This document shows, piece after piece, positions 9,787-18,897 of a stretch of 64,000 bases of DNA (positions are counted from its first letter, which is position 1; every line of letters starts with the position of its first letter). The stretch is from Candidatus Rokuibacteriota bacterium (GTDB lineage: Bacteria; Methylomirabilota; Methylomirabilia; Rokubacteriales; CSP1-6): contig QHSI01000015.1 of NCBI GenBank assembly GCA_003221515.1, positions 4,895-68,894 on the forward strand. Reading direction: 5' to 3'. Both the position numbers and the translations under genes were made by a program. The notes beneath the pieces were generated by a model. The model saw only the letters and a list, made by a program, of their open reading frames with translations, was not told where the DNA came from and made no database searches.

Positions 9787-10800
9787 GTGGCGCATCGCCT
9801 CGCCCTCGCGACGCTGGCCGCGACGTGCGTGCTCATCCTGTTCGGGGGGCTGGTCACGAACACCGGCGCCGCGCTCGCGGTGCCGGACTGGCCGAGCACG
9901 TTCGGCCACAACATGTTCCTGTTCCCCTGGTCGGGGATGGTGGGCGGGATCTTCTACGAGCACAGCCACCGCCTGATCGGTGCCCTCGTCGGGGTGCTGA
10001 CGCTCGGCCTGGCGGCGGCCCTCTGGCCGCTGGGCGGTCGGCTCCGCCGCCTCGGCCTCCTGGCCGTGACCGTCGTGCTCGCCCAGGGGCTGCTGGGCGG
10101 GCTCCGGGTGGTGCTCCTGCACGACACGCTCGCGATTTTCCACGGCAGCCTGGCGCAAGCGTTCTTCGCGCTGCTGGCGGCGATCGCGTGGCTGACGGCT
10201 CCGCGCGGAGCGGTGGCCGGGCCTCCGATCGCGCGCGAGGTCCAGGGGCTCGCGCTGCTGGCGGCCGGGCTCGTGTACGCGCAGATCGTGTTCGGCGCGC
10301 TCCTCACGCACGCTGGGCGCGTCGACCTGCACCTGGCCGGCGCCGTCGCGGTGTTCGTCGTCCTGCCGATCGTCACCGCGCGGCTGCGGAGAACGGGCGA
10401 TGTGGTCGCCGTCCGCGTCTCGCGCCTGCTCCTCGGCCTGCTCGGGATCCAGCTCCTGCTCGGCATCGGCAGCTTTCTCGCGCGTTTCTCGTCGCTGTGG
10501 ATTCCCGGTGAACAGCTCACGATGCTGATCCTCCCGGTGGCTCATCGCCTCCTCGGCAGCCTCCTCCTGGCCGCGACGGTCGTCCTCGCCGTGCGGGCCT
10601 TGACTCTGGCCAAGAAAGAGGCCGAGCAAGAGAAGGGAAGCCGCCGAGCGACCGATCGGGCGCTGACGATCCACGACGCGGTAGATCGGGCGCCGCGGAG
10701 CCACGCCGTGTCTACCGGTGATCGGGCGCCGCGGAGCCGCGCCGCATCTTTCTCAGGCCACCCTCGATGCGAGCCGGCCTCGAGGCGCTCGCTCCAATGA
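9787..10800 (+). CDS. ctaA: heme A synthase (COX15/CtaA), Cys-less loop type, with repeat-containing C-terminal tail
   Basis: GGLVTNTGAALAVPDWP, EHSHRL, QGLLGGLRV, FHG, AHR; GGAG before GTG 9787. Confidence 0.85.
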   Translation: MAHRLALATLAATCVLILFGGLVTNTGAALAVPDWPSTFGHNMFLFPWSGMVGGIFYEHSHRLIGALVGVLTLGLAAALWPLGGRLRRLGLLAVTVVLAQGLLGGLRVVLLHDTLAIFHGSLAQAFFALLAAIAWLTAPRGAVAGPPIAREVQGLALLAAGLVYAQIVFGALLTHAGRVDLHLAGAVAVFVVLPIVTARLRRTGDVVAVRVSRLLLGLLGIQLLLGIGSFLARFSSLWIPGEQLTMLILPVAHRLLGSLLLAATVVLAVRALTLAKKEAEQEKGSRRATDRALTIHDAVDRAPRSHAVSTGDRAPRSRAASFSGHPRCEPASRRSLQ

Positions 10801-11723
10801 CTCCGCCGGCCCTCGACACGGCCCGCGTCTCGACCGAAGTGGTCGTCGGCGCGCTCGCGCGCGATCGCCGGCGTGTCGTCGCCGACCTCGTCGCGCTGGC
10901 CAAGCCCCGCGTCGTCCTGATGGTCATGGTGACGACGGCCGTCGGATACTACGTCGGGTTGACCGGCGCGCCGGACTACGCCCGGCTCGTCCACTTGCTG
11001 ATCGGCACGCTCCTGGCCGCTGGCGGCACGCTCGCGCTGAACCAGTACTGGGAGCGCGACGTCGACGCGCGCATGGAGCGCACGCGCGCGCGGCCGCTGC
11101 CCGACGGACGGCTGGCGCCGCTCGAGGCGCTCCTCTTCGGCGGCGCCGTCACGCTGGTCGGGCTCGCGTACCTGGGCGCACTCGTGAGCACGCTCTCGCT
11201 CGTGGTGACCGCGCTGACGACGGCGCTCTACCTGTTCGCCTACACGCCCCTGAAGCTGCGGACGCCCCTTTGCACGATCGTCGGCGCGGTGCCCGGCGCG
11301 CTGCCGCCGGTGACGGGTTGGGTGGCGTCGCGCGACGATCTCGGCGTCGGCGCCTGGGTGCTCTTCGGGATCATGTTCCTCTGGCAGCTGCCCCACACGC
11401 TCGCGATCGCGCGCCTCTACCGTGACGACTACGCGCGCGCCGGCGTGCGCCTGCTGCCGGTCGTCGACGCCGAGGGCACCAGCACCGAGCGCCAGATCGT
11501 CACCGGCTGTCTGGCCCTGCTCGCGGTGAGCCTGCTGCCCACGCTGATCGGGCTGGCCGGGCCGATCTACTTCGTCGGCGCGTTCCTCCTGGGCGCGGCC
11601 TTCGTCGTGCTCGGCGCGCGTCAGGCGCTGGCGCCGTCGGCCGGCTCCGCGCGGCGGGTGCTGCTCGCCTCGCTCCTCTATCTCCCGGTGCTTCTCGCCT
11701 TGCTGGCGTTCGACAAGGTATGA
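10797..11723 (+). CDS. ctaB: protoheme IX farnesyltransferase (heme O synthase)
   Basis: KPRV, NQYWERDVDARMERTRARPLP, YTPLK, GAVPGALPP, WQLPH. Confidence 0.96.
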   Translation: MTPPALDTARVSTEVVVGALARDRRRVVADLVALAKPRVVLMVMVTTAVGYYVGLTGAPDYARLVHLLIGTLLAAGGTLALNQYWERDVDARMERTRARPLPDGRLAPLEALLFGGAVTLVGLAYLGALVSTLSLVVTALTTALYLFAYTPLKLRTPLCTIVGAVPGALPPVTGWVASRDDLGVGAWVLFGIMFLWQLPHTLAIARLYRDDYARAGVRLLPVVDAEGTSTERQIVTGCLALLAVSLLPTLIGLAGPIYFVGAFLLGAAFVVLGARQALAPSAGSARRVLLASLLYLPVLLALLAFDKV

Positions 11724-11818
11724 CGACCGACACCCGCAACCGACAGACCGTTCGCGTGCTCCTCACGATCGTGGCGGTGCTCATGGTGGCGGCGTTCCTC
11801 GTCGGGATCCGCTGGTGA
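11720..11818 (+). CDS. 32-aa single-TM microprotein (oxidase small assembly/accessory protein candidate)
   Basis: MTTDTRNRQTVRVLLTIVAVLMVAAFLVGIRW*. ATGA overlap with ctaB and GTGA overlap with coxC. Below the ORF-track size cutoff. Confidence 0.8.
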   Translation: MTTDTRNRQTVRVLLTIVAVLMVAAFLVGIRW

Positions 11819-12486
11819 CGACGCTCACCGTCGAGCACCCGACCGACCCGCGCCGGACCAACGGGAGCCTCCCGCCGGTGCCGCCCGAAGGGGGCGGCGG
11901 CGACGGACCCGATCGTGATCCGGCGCCGCGCCGCCCGCCGCTCGACAACGTGCGGCTGGCGATGCTGTTCCTCATCTGCGCCGAGGTCATGTTCTTCGGC
12001 GGTCTCGTTTCCGCGTTCCTCGTGCTGCGCGTCACCGCCGCCGTCTGGCCGCCACCGCTCCAGCCGCGGCTGCCCGTCGGCGTGACCGCCGTGAACACGC
12101 TCGTGCTGTTCGCGTCCAGCGTGGCGATGGCGGCGGCGCGCCAGGCGCTCCGTCGCGACGACGCGCGCGCGCTCGTCCGACGGCTCGGGCTGGCCGCCGG
12201 GCTCGGCGGCGCGTTCTTGCTGGTGCAGGGCTACGAGTGGGTCCGTCTCGTCTCGTTCGGCCTCACGCTCTCGTCGGACGCGTACGGGACCACCTTCTAC
12301 TCGCTCATCGGCGCGCACGCCGCGCACGTCCTCGGCGCGCTCGTCTGGGTGGCGGTGGTGGCGCTGCTCGCCGCTCGCGGCCGGTTCACCGATGGGCGCA
12401 CCGGCCCGTTGCGGGCGTGCGCGATCTACTGGCACTTCGTGGTCGCGCTGTGGCCGATCCTGTTCGTGGCGGTGTACCTGATATGA
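11815..12486 (+). CDS. coxC: cytochrome c oxidase subunit III (first copy)
   Basis: AEVMFFGGL, NTLVLFASS, QGYEW, GAHAAHV, YWHFV. Confidence 0.92.
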   Translation: MTTLTVEHPTDPRRTNGSLPPVPPEGGGGDGPDRDPAPRRPPLDNVRLAMLFLICAEVMFFGGLVSAFLVLRVTAAVWPPPLQPRLPVGVTAVNTLVLFASSVAMAAARQALRRDDARALVRRLGLAAGLGGAFLLVQGYEWVRLVSFGLTLSSDAYGTTFYSLIGAHAAHVLGALVWVAVVALLAARGRFTDGRTGPLRACAIYWHFVVALWPILFVAVYLI

Positions 12487-12749
12487 GAGCGGGAGTCCTC
12501 GTCGCGCTCCTGCTCATGCTGGCGCCGCGGTCGGCCCAGGCGTGCGCGACGTGCATCGCGTCGCCGTTCGGGGACCAGACCTACACGTGGCCGTACCTCG
12601 GATTGATCTTGCTCCCCTTCGTGCTGCTCTCGGCCGTGCTCGGCATCTTCGCCCACTCCGCCGGCTATCGCCCGCACGTCCTGGCGCGTCGGCTGGCAGC
12701 TCGCGTCTCGGCCAAAGACGACTCTCAGATCATCAAGGAGACGACATGA
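12483..12749 (+). CDS. small exported membrane protein with N-terminal CxxC after the signal peptide
   Basis: MRAGVLVALLLMLAPRSAQA|CATC, one TM, ATGA overlaps at both ends. Confidence 0.75.
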   Translation: MRAGVLVALLLMLAPRSAQACATCIASPFGDQTYTWPYLGLILLPFVLLSAVLGIFAHSAGYRPHVLARRLAARVSAKDDSQIIKETT

Positions 12750-13363
12750 GTCACGTAGCCTCGGCGCATGGGGCGGTGGAGCCCGCCGAGTCGCCCCTCA
12801 CGCCCGAAAGCTGGGGAAAGCTCGGAATGTGGATCTTCCTCGCCGGCGACGCGGTCGGCTTCGGCACGCTCCTGGCCGGTTACGGCGCGATGCGGGCCAC
12901 CAGCGCCGACTGGCCTTCGCCGTTCGCGGTTCTCGGGATCAACCTGACGGCCGCCATGACCTTCCTGCTGATCTGCTCGAGCGTGACGATGGTGAAGGCG
13001 CTCGAGTGGCTGGGCAAGGGGGACAAGGAGCGCGCGAAGGCGTTTCTCTTCTTCACCGCGCTCGGCGGCGCGATCTTCGTCAGCCTGCAGGCGTACGAGT
13101 GGTCGCATCTGATCCACCGCGGCCTGCTCATCAGCGGCAACCCGTGGGGCGCCGCCCTCTTCGGCGCGTCCTTCTTCATCGTGACCGGCTTCCATGGCCT
13201 GCACGTCACCGGCGGCGTCATCTATCTGCTGGCGATATTGCGGGCCGTCGCGAACCGTCCCGAGCCGGCGGCCAGCTACAACGCGGTCGAGATCGCCGGG
13301 CTCTACTGGCACTTCGTCGACCTCGTCTGGATCATGGTGTTCACCTTCATGTACCTCCTGTAA
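12746..13363 (+). CDS. coxC: cytochrome c oxidase subunit III (second copy)
   Basis: KLGMWIFL, TGFHGLHV, GLYWHFVDLVW; SD AAGGAG. Confidence 0.93.
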   Translation: MSHVASAHGAVEPAESPLTPESWGKLGMWIFLAGDAVGFGTLLAGYGAMRATSADWPSPFAVLGINLTAAMTFLLICSSVTMVKALEWLGKGDKERAKAFLFFTALGGAIFVSLQAYEWSHLIHRGLLISGNPWGAALFGASFFIVTGFHGLHVTGGVIYLLAILRAVANRPEPAASYNAVEIAGLYWHFVDLVWIMVFTFMYLL

Positions 13364-13375
13364 GAGGACGAGGCC

Positions 13376-13705
13376 ATGGCGACGGCAGAGCACAAGCATC
13401 CGAACTACATGGCGATCTTCTGGTTCCTCGCGATCCTCACCGTGGTCGAGATCGCGGTGATCTACATGCCGCTGGCGAAGTTCACGATCGGCGTGCTGCT
13501 GTGCGCGCTGGCGCTCGGCAAGGCGACGATGGTCGCGATGTATTTCATGCACCTCCGCTTCGAGGCTCGCACCCTCGGCATGATCGCGGTCGTGCCGTTG
13601 CTGATCGCGACGCTCCTGATCTTCGTCCTGCTGCCCGACGGCTTCGCGGTCATGAAGCGGACGGTCGGCGTCAAGCCGGCCGCGACCGAGCCCGCCAAGC
13701 ACTGA
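13376..13705 (+). CDS. coxD: cytochrome c oxidase subunit IV
   Basis: LAILTVVE, KATMVAMYFMHL; 3 TMs. Confidence 0.9.
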   Translation: MATAEHKHPNYMAIFWFLAILTVVEIAVIYMPLAKFTIGVLLCALALGKATMVAMYFMHLRFEARTLGMIAVVPLLIATLLIFVLLPDGFAVMKRTVGVKPAATEPAKH

Positions 13706-13736
13706 GTGGGCCGCTCTGGGGCCGGCGGGGGCAGCG

Positions 13737-14105
13737 GTGGACTCCGGGCGTTTGGTCGACCGGCTCGTCCCGGCCCTGCGACGGGCAGCGCGTCTGCGCT
13801 GTCCCCGCTGCGCGGGCGCGCCGCTCTTCCGTACCTGGACTTCGATGGCCGACGCGTGCGCCCTGTGCGGGCTCCGCTTCGAGCGGGCCCAGGGCTACTT
13901 CGTCGGGGCGATCTACATCAACTACGCGGTGACGGTGCTCGTCGCGATCGTCGGTTTCCTCCTCTTGTGGGGCATCGCGGGCTTCTCGACACGAGGGCAG
14001 CTTGCGGTGCTGGTGCCGCTGGTCGCCATCTTTCCATTGTGGTTCTTCCGTTACAGCCGGAGCTTCTGGCTCGCCGTCGAGTGGTCGATCAACCCCGAGT
14101 CCTGA
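13737..14105 (+). CDS. DUF983-like zinc-ribbon membrane protein
   Basis: CPRC..CALCG, GYFVGA, two TMs. Confidence 0.75.
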   Translation: MDSGRLVDRLVPALRRAARLRCPRCAGAPLFRTWTSMADACALCGLRFERAQGYFVGAIYINYAVTVLVAIVGFLLLWGIAGFSTRGQLAVLVPLVAIFPLWFFRYSRSFWLAVEWSINPES

Positions 14106-14116
14106 GGCCGGCCGGC

Positions 14117-14863
14117 GTGGGCGCGATCGTCGCGTTCCTCGGGCTGCTGCTCACCGCCGGCCCGCTCGGCGCCTACGAGGCGGTCACGGTCAAGGACGGC
14201 GGCACGATTGCGGGCGTCGTTCGCTTCGCCGGCGCGCCGCCCAAGCTCGGCGCGATCCCGGTCAACAAGAACCGCGACGTCTGCGGCGACGAGAAGCCGT
14301 CGGAGGCGCTGGTGGTCGGGGCCGACCGCGGCGTGCGGGACGGCGTGGTGCTGATCGAGGGCGTGGCCCGCGGCAAGAAAGGCGCTGGCGACGTCATCCT
14401 CGACAACCGGAAGTGCCTGTTCGTGAGCCACGTGACCGTGGTGGCGCCCGGCGATCGCGCGCGCGTGCGCAACTCGGATCCGATCCTCCACAACACGCAC
14501 GGATTCCTGGGCCAGCCCACCGTCTTCAACCTGGCGCTGCCGAACAAGGACCAGATGATCGACATCACGAAGCGGCTGCAGAAGCCGGGGGTGGTCCGCG
14601 TGGTGTGCGACGCGCACCCGCACATGTTCGCGTGGATGATCGTGCACGACAGCCCGTACGTGGCGGTGACCGACGACAGGGGCGCGTTCCGCATCGGCGA
14701 CGTCCCGCCCGGGACGTACAAGGTCACCATGTGGCACGCCGGATACCGGCCCAAGGGATCGGACAAGGACGGCCGGCCCGTCTACGACGAGCCGAAGACG
14801 CTGACGAAGGAGCTGACGATCGCGCCGAAAGCGACGGTGACGGTCGAGTTCGAACTGAAATAG
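14117..14863 (+). CDS. second exported cupredoxin-like/carboxypeptidase-regulatory-like protein
   Basis: Paralogous to 6540-7238: DNRKCLF, HNTH, CDAHPHM, MWH. Confidence 0.8.
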   Translation: MGAIVAFLGLLLTAGPLGAYEAVTVKDGGTIAGVVRFAGAPPKLGAIPVNKNRDVCGDEKPSEALVVGADRGVRDGVVLIEGVARGKKGAGDVILDNRKCLFVSHVTVVAPGDRARVRNSDPILHNTHGFLGQPTVFNLALPNKDQMIDITKRLQKPGVVRVVCDAHPHMFAWMIVHDSPYVAVTDDRGAFRIGDVPPGTYKVTMWHAGYRPKGSDKDGRPVYDEPKTLTKELTIAPKATVTVEFELK

Positions 14864-14874
14864 AGGGGGACGTC

Positions 14875-16785
14875 ATGTTCAAGCACATCTGCGTGCCGGT
14901 GGACAACTCGGAGTATTCGAACCGGGCGATCGACCTGGCGGTCGAGCTGGGTCGGCCGGGCGGGGCGAAGCTGACCGGCGTCCACGTGTACGCCGCGCGG
15001 CTGCACGATTACCGGTTCAAGCAGATGGAGTACACGCTGCCCGAGGAATACAAGGACGAGAACGAGCTCGAGCGCCAGCGGAAGATCCACGACTCGCTGA
15101 TCGCCATGGGGCTCCAGCTCATCTCCGAGTCGTACCTGGACGTGATGGCGCGCAAGGCCGGCGCGGCCGGGCTCGCCTTCGAGTCCAAGATGATCGACGG
15201 CAAGCACTACAAGGTGCTCATCGACGACTGCCTCGCCGCCGACTACGACCTGGTGGTCATGGGCGCCCTGGGGATGGGCGCGGTCAAGGACAGCCAGCTC
15301 GGCTCGGTCACCGAGCGGTTCGTCCGCCGCGTGTCGCGCGACACGCTCATCGTCCGCAACACCGACGCGTTGAAGGACCAGCAGGGGCCGATCGTCGTGT
15401 GCCTCGACGGCTCGCCGCAGTCCTTCAACGGCCTCCAGCTCGGCGTCGGAATGGCGAAGGCGCTCGGCCGGCCGCTGCAGGCGGTGGCGGTCTACGACCC
15501 GTACCTCCACTACGCGATGTTCAACGGCATCGTCGGCGTGCTGAGCGAGAAGGCATCGAAGATCTTCCGCTTCAAGGAGCAGGAGCAGCTGCACGAGGAG
15601 ATCATCGACACCGGATTGGCCAAGATCTACCAGTCGCACCTGGAGATCGGCCGCAAGCTCGCCGCCGACTCCGGCGTCGAGCTGGCCATCACGCTCCTCG
15701 ACGGCAAGTGCTTCGAGAAGATCCTGACGTTCGTGCGCAAGGAGCATCCCTGGCTCCTCATCCTGGGGCGGGTGGGCGTGCACTCGGACGAGAACGAAGT
15801 CGATCTCGGCTCCAACACCGAGAACCTCCTGCGGCTGGCCCCGTGCAACGTGCTGCTGACCGGCGGCAAGTTCTATCCGCCGCTCGACGTGAAGGCCGAG
15901 GAGATCATCTCCTGGACCGAAGAGGCCGAGGCCCGGATGGAGCGGGTGCCGCTGCAGGTGAAGGGCGTGGCGCGCACGGCGCTGCTGCGGTACGCGATCG
16001 AGCAGGGGCACACCGTCATCACCAACAAGGTCATCGACGAGGCGATGGCGATCTTCATGCCGACCCGCCTGGCCGAGCGCATGCAGATCCTCGCCGAGGA
16101 CGTCGCGGTCGCGAAGCTGCGGGCCGAGTCCCAGCCGGCGACGGCCATCTGCTCCATCTGCGGCTACACGGTCAAAGGCCCGAACCCGGTCGTCACGTGC
16201 CCGGTCTGTCGCGCCGGCGCCGACAAGTTCCAGGTCATCTCGAAGGAGACGGTCGAGGCGATCGCCGCTCAGGAAGGCGGGATCGAGGAAGAAGAGTCGA
16301 TGCCCGGTGTCCAGGTGAAATGGTCGGCCGACGCGCGCGACGCCCTGCGCGAGGTGACCGACGCGTACCTTCGCCGGCGGGCCAAGGCCCGGATCGAGAA
16401 GTACGCGCGTTCGCGCCGGATCCCGGTCATCACCTGCCAGCTGGCGCTGCCGATGATCGAAGAGACCGTCGGGCGCGACAAGCTCGGCGCGGGCTGGGAT
16501 ACACTCCTGGCCAAGACCAAGTTCGAGCCCGCCGAGATGCCGAGCGCCCCCGCGCCGGCCGGCGGCGGCCCGGGCTTCGGCTGGACGGACGAGGCCACGG
16601 CGCGCCTGAACCGCGTGCCCGCTGGGTTCATGCGCGATATGACGCGCGAGGAAGTCGAGCGGGTGGCGGGCGCTAAAGGTGTCACGACCATCGACCTGGC
16701 GGTTTGCGAAGAAGGCATCGGGCATGCCCGCGAGACGATGAACGAGGTCATCGCGGGGTACGTGTCGAACAAAAAACCGCGATAG
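14875..16785 (+). CDS. tandem universal-stress-protein domains + three PCP_red-like domains + rubredoxin-like domain
   Basis: SD GAGGGGG. MFKHICVPVDNS and VVCLDGS USP starts; GALG-x9-GS ATP motif; W(T/S)xxA helical repeats at about 15913, 16321 and 16582; CSIC..CPVC. Confidence 0.85.
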   Translation: MFKHICVPVDNSEYSNRAIDLAVELGRPGGAKLTGVHVYAARLHDYRFKQMEYTLPEEYKDENELERQRKIHDSLIAMGLQLISESYLDVMARKAGAAGLAFESKMIDGKHYKVLIDDCLAADYDLVVMGALGMGAVKDSQLGSVTERFVRRVSRDTLIVRNTDALKDQQGPIVVCLDGSPQSFNGLQLGVGMAKALGRPLQAVAVYDPYLHYAMFNGIVGVLSEKASKIFRFKEQEQLHEEIIDTGLAKIYQSHLEIGRKLAADSGVELAITLLDGKCFEKILTFVRKEHPWLLILGRVGVHSDENEVDLGSNTENLLRLAPCNVLLTGGKFYPPLDVKAEEIISWTEEAEARMERVPLQVKGVARTALLRYAIEQGHTVITNKVIDEAMAIFMPTRLAERMQILAEDVAVAKLRAESQPATAICSICGYTVKGPNPVVTCPVCRAGADKFQVISKETVEAIAAQEGGIEEEESMPGVQVKWSADARDALREVTDAYLRRRAKARIEKYARSRRIPVITCQLALPMIEETVGRDKLGAGWDTLLAKTKFEPAEMPSAPAPAGGGPGFGWTDEATARLNRVPAGFMRDMTREEVERVAGAKGVTTIDLAVCEEGIGHARETMNEVIAGYVSNKKPR

Positions 16786-16919
16786 GCGCGGGAGAGGGGG
16801 CGGGGGGCCTCCCGGAATCCGACTGCCGCTCCGCGCAGCGGGCCAATTTACATGCGCTTGATCAGGACGACGCTGACTACACGGATTCCGGGAGGCCCCG
16901 CGCCCCCTCTCCCGCGCCT
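16784..16919. mobile_element. MITE/REPIN-like element with 38-bp terminal inverted repeats
   Basis: 16784-16821 versus reverse complement of 16882-16919: one mismatch in 38 bp; 60-nt core. Confidence 0.65.
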
Positions 16920-16969
16920 CCATGGATCCCGACGACTGAGCCCCGCGTGCCTTCACCCACGTCTTACAC

Positions 16970-18472
16970 GTGACTGATCCAGCGTCCGATCACATCGCTG
17001 CTCGCACCGGCGTCCCGACTTCGGCGGCTGCCGCGCCGCCTTCAGCGTCGGCGAGCGCGCAATCGTCGGCGTCGCCCGGCGCGCAATCATCGGCCGCGCC
17101 GGCGGGCGCCGTGAATCCGTATACGGCGTATAGCGTGTCGTGGAATTTGACTCAGCGCTGCAATCTCGAGTGCGCGCACTGCTACATGTCGGCGTTTGCT
17201 GGGGCCGATACGCGGGGGGAGCTCGGGACCGACGAGTGCCGGCGGGTGATGGACGAGATTGCGCGGGTCAATCCGCACGTGTTCTTGATCCTGACGGGCG
17301 GCGAGCCACTGTTGCGGAAGGACATTTGGGACGTGGCGGCGTACGCTGCCGAGAAGCGGTTCACGACCGTGTTCGGAACGAACGGCCTCCTGCTGCGTGA
17401 GAAGGAAGCCGCCTGTATGCGCGAGCACGGTGTGCTCGGCGCTTCGATCAGTCTGGATTCGACCGACCGTGTGAAGCACGACGCGTTCCGCCATCTGGCC
17501 GGCGCCTGGGACGGAGCGGTGCGGGCGACCCGCGTGCTGACCGACGCCGGCCTCGATTTCTCCCTGCACATGTCGGTGACCGACTGGAACGTCGCCGAGG
17601 TCCCCGCGATGATCGACCTCGCGAAGGAGCTCGGCGCCAAGGTGCTGAACTTCTTCTTCCTGGTGCGGACCGGTCGCGGTCGAGACCTCACCGACATCGA
17701 CGCCGCCGCGTACGAACGCATCCTGACGTACCTGGCGCGCACGCAGGGTGTCGGCACGGAACCGCCGTCGTTCGTGAAGCGGATGCTCGGGATGGGCGGC
17801 GGCGCGTCGGAGAAATTCGAGGACCCGTGGTCGCTGCCGGTCGGGCGCGCCGACGGGCTGCTGATCCGCGCCAAGTGCGCGCCGCACTTCCGGCGCGTCC
17901 TCTACCAGATGAACCCGTCCTCTCCGCTCCTCATGAACTACGCCCACGGCTCGTGTCCGGCCGGGAAGTACTATTGTCGAATCACGCCCGAGGGCGACGT
18001 CACGCCGTGCCCGTATATGCCGGTGTCGGCGGGGAACCTGCGCGAACGGTCCTTCGACGATCTGTGGCGCGGCGCGCCGGTGTTCGACGACCTGCGCGAC
18101 CCCAAGCTCGGTGGACGCTGCGGCGCCTGCGAGTTCTCGAAGCTCTGCGGCGGCTGCCGCTGCCGCGCCTACGCGACCCACGGCGACTACCTGGCGGAGG
18201 ATCCCGCGTGCGGCTATCAGCCGGGCGCGCACGGCGGCCGGCTGATCGACGTGCCGGCGTCGCTCACGTTCGGGCTGCCGCCCGACTATCAGTTGGAGTG
18301 GGCCGAGGACGCGCGCGAGCGGCTGCACGCGATTCCCTCGTTCGCGCGCGGGATGGTGGTGAAGGCCGTCGAGGTGTACGCGCGTGGCCGCGGCGAGACC
18401 GTCATCACGAAGGAGCTCCTCGCCGACGTCCGCTCCAAGTGGGGCGGCCGCTTCCGGCCGTCGTCGCCATGA
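16970..18472 (+). CDS. radical SAM/SPASM protein, AhbD/NirJ-like, with C-terminal PCP_red-like domain
   Basis: WNLTQRCNLECAHCY, TGGEPL, CAPH, CPAG..TPCPY, CGAC..CGGCRCRAY..DPAC; tail WAEDARERLHAIPSFARGMV. True start may be GTG 17111. Confidence 0.88.
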   Translation: MTDPASDHIAARTGVPTSAAAAPPSASASAQSSASPGAQSSAAPAGAVNPYTAYSVSWNLTQRCNLECAHCYMSAFAGADTRGELGTDECRRVMDEIARVNPHVFLILTGGEPLLRKDIWDVAAYAAEKRFTTVFGTNGLLLREKEAACMREHGVLGASISLDSTDRVKHDAFRHLAGAWDGAVRATRVLTDAGLDFSLHMSVTDWNVAEVPAMIDLAKELGAKVLNFFFLVRTGRGRDLTDIDAAAYERILTYLARTQGVGTEPPSFVKRMLGMGGGASEKFEDPWSLPVGRADGLLIRAKCAPHFRRVLYQMNPSSPLLMNYAHGSCPAGKYYCRITPEGDVTPCPYMPVSAGNLRERSFDDLWRGAPVFDDLRDPKLGGRCGACEFSKLCGGCRCRAYATHGDYLAEDPACGYQPGAHGGRLIDVPASLTFGLPPDYQLEWAEDARERLHAIPSFARGMVVKAVEVYARGRGETVITKELLADVRSKWGGRFRPSSP

Positions 18473-18897
18473 TGGACAGATTTCGGCTCGCCGCCCACGC
18501 GTACCGGACCTACGGCGTGATCTACTGGATCGGCGGCTTCTATCTCATCTGGCACGGAGTCGGGGTCCGAGGCGGTCGCACCGCGGACTCGGGCGTCGTC
18601 TGGATCGTGCTGGGGCTCGTCTTCATCGTGGTCATCCCGTATCTCCTCGCCCAGCGCCGCGCGTGGTTCGAGCGCTGGATCGTTTCGCGCCGCGATTTCG
18701 CCCGCATCCTCGTCGCGTTCATGGCCTGGCGAGCCTGGCATGTCCTGAAGGTCGTGATTCGCCCGGAGACCGCGCGCGTGTCCGCGCCCTGGGGGGGTGA
18801 GATCACCTTCCGCGTCGGCGCCTGTGTGTTCCTGATCGTGACCGTGGCCGCGTTGCTGGTGATCGCTCGGGCGGCCTGGGCGACGGAAGCCGCATGA
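18469..18897 (+). CDS. hypothetical 4-TM membrane protein
   Basis: ATGA overlaps on both sides; hydrophobic segments. Confidence 0.7.
   Translation: MMDRFRLAAHAYRTYGVIYWIGGFYLIWHGVGVRGGRTADSGVVWIVLGLVFIVVIPYLLAQRRAWFERWIVSRRDFARILVAFMAWRAWHVLKVVIRPETARVSAPWGGEITFRVGACVFLIVTVAALLVIARAAWATEAA

Noticed and set aside
11815-13363. Two coxC genes as a novelty
   Set aside because: Split or duplicated subunit III is common in bacterial aa3/caa3 operons.
16970-17110. Ser/Ala/Pro-rich N-terminal extension of the radical SAM protein as a leader or precursor peptide
   Set aside because: Low-complexity sequence with a short tandem duplication and uncertain start; the enzyme looks AhbD-like rather than a RiPP maturase.
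14875-18472. Photosynthesis or DPOR genes implied by PCP_red domains
   Set aside because: No BchN/BchB catalytic domains or other bch genes; only the small C-terminal-type domain is present.
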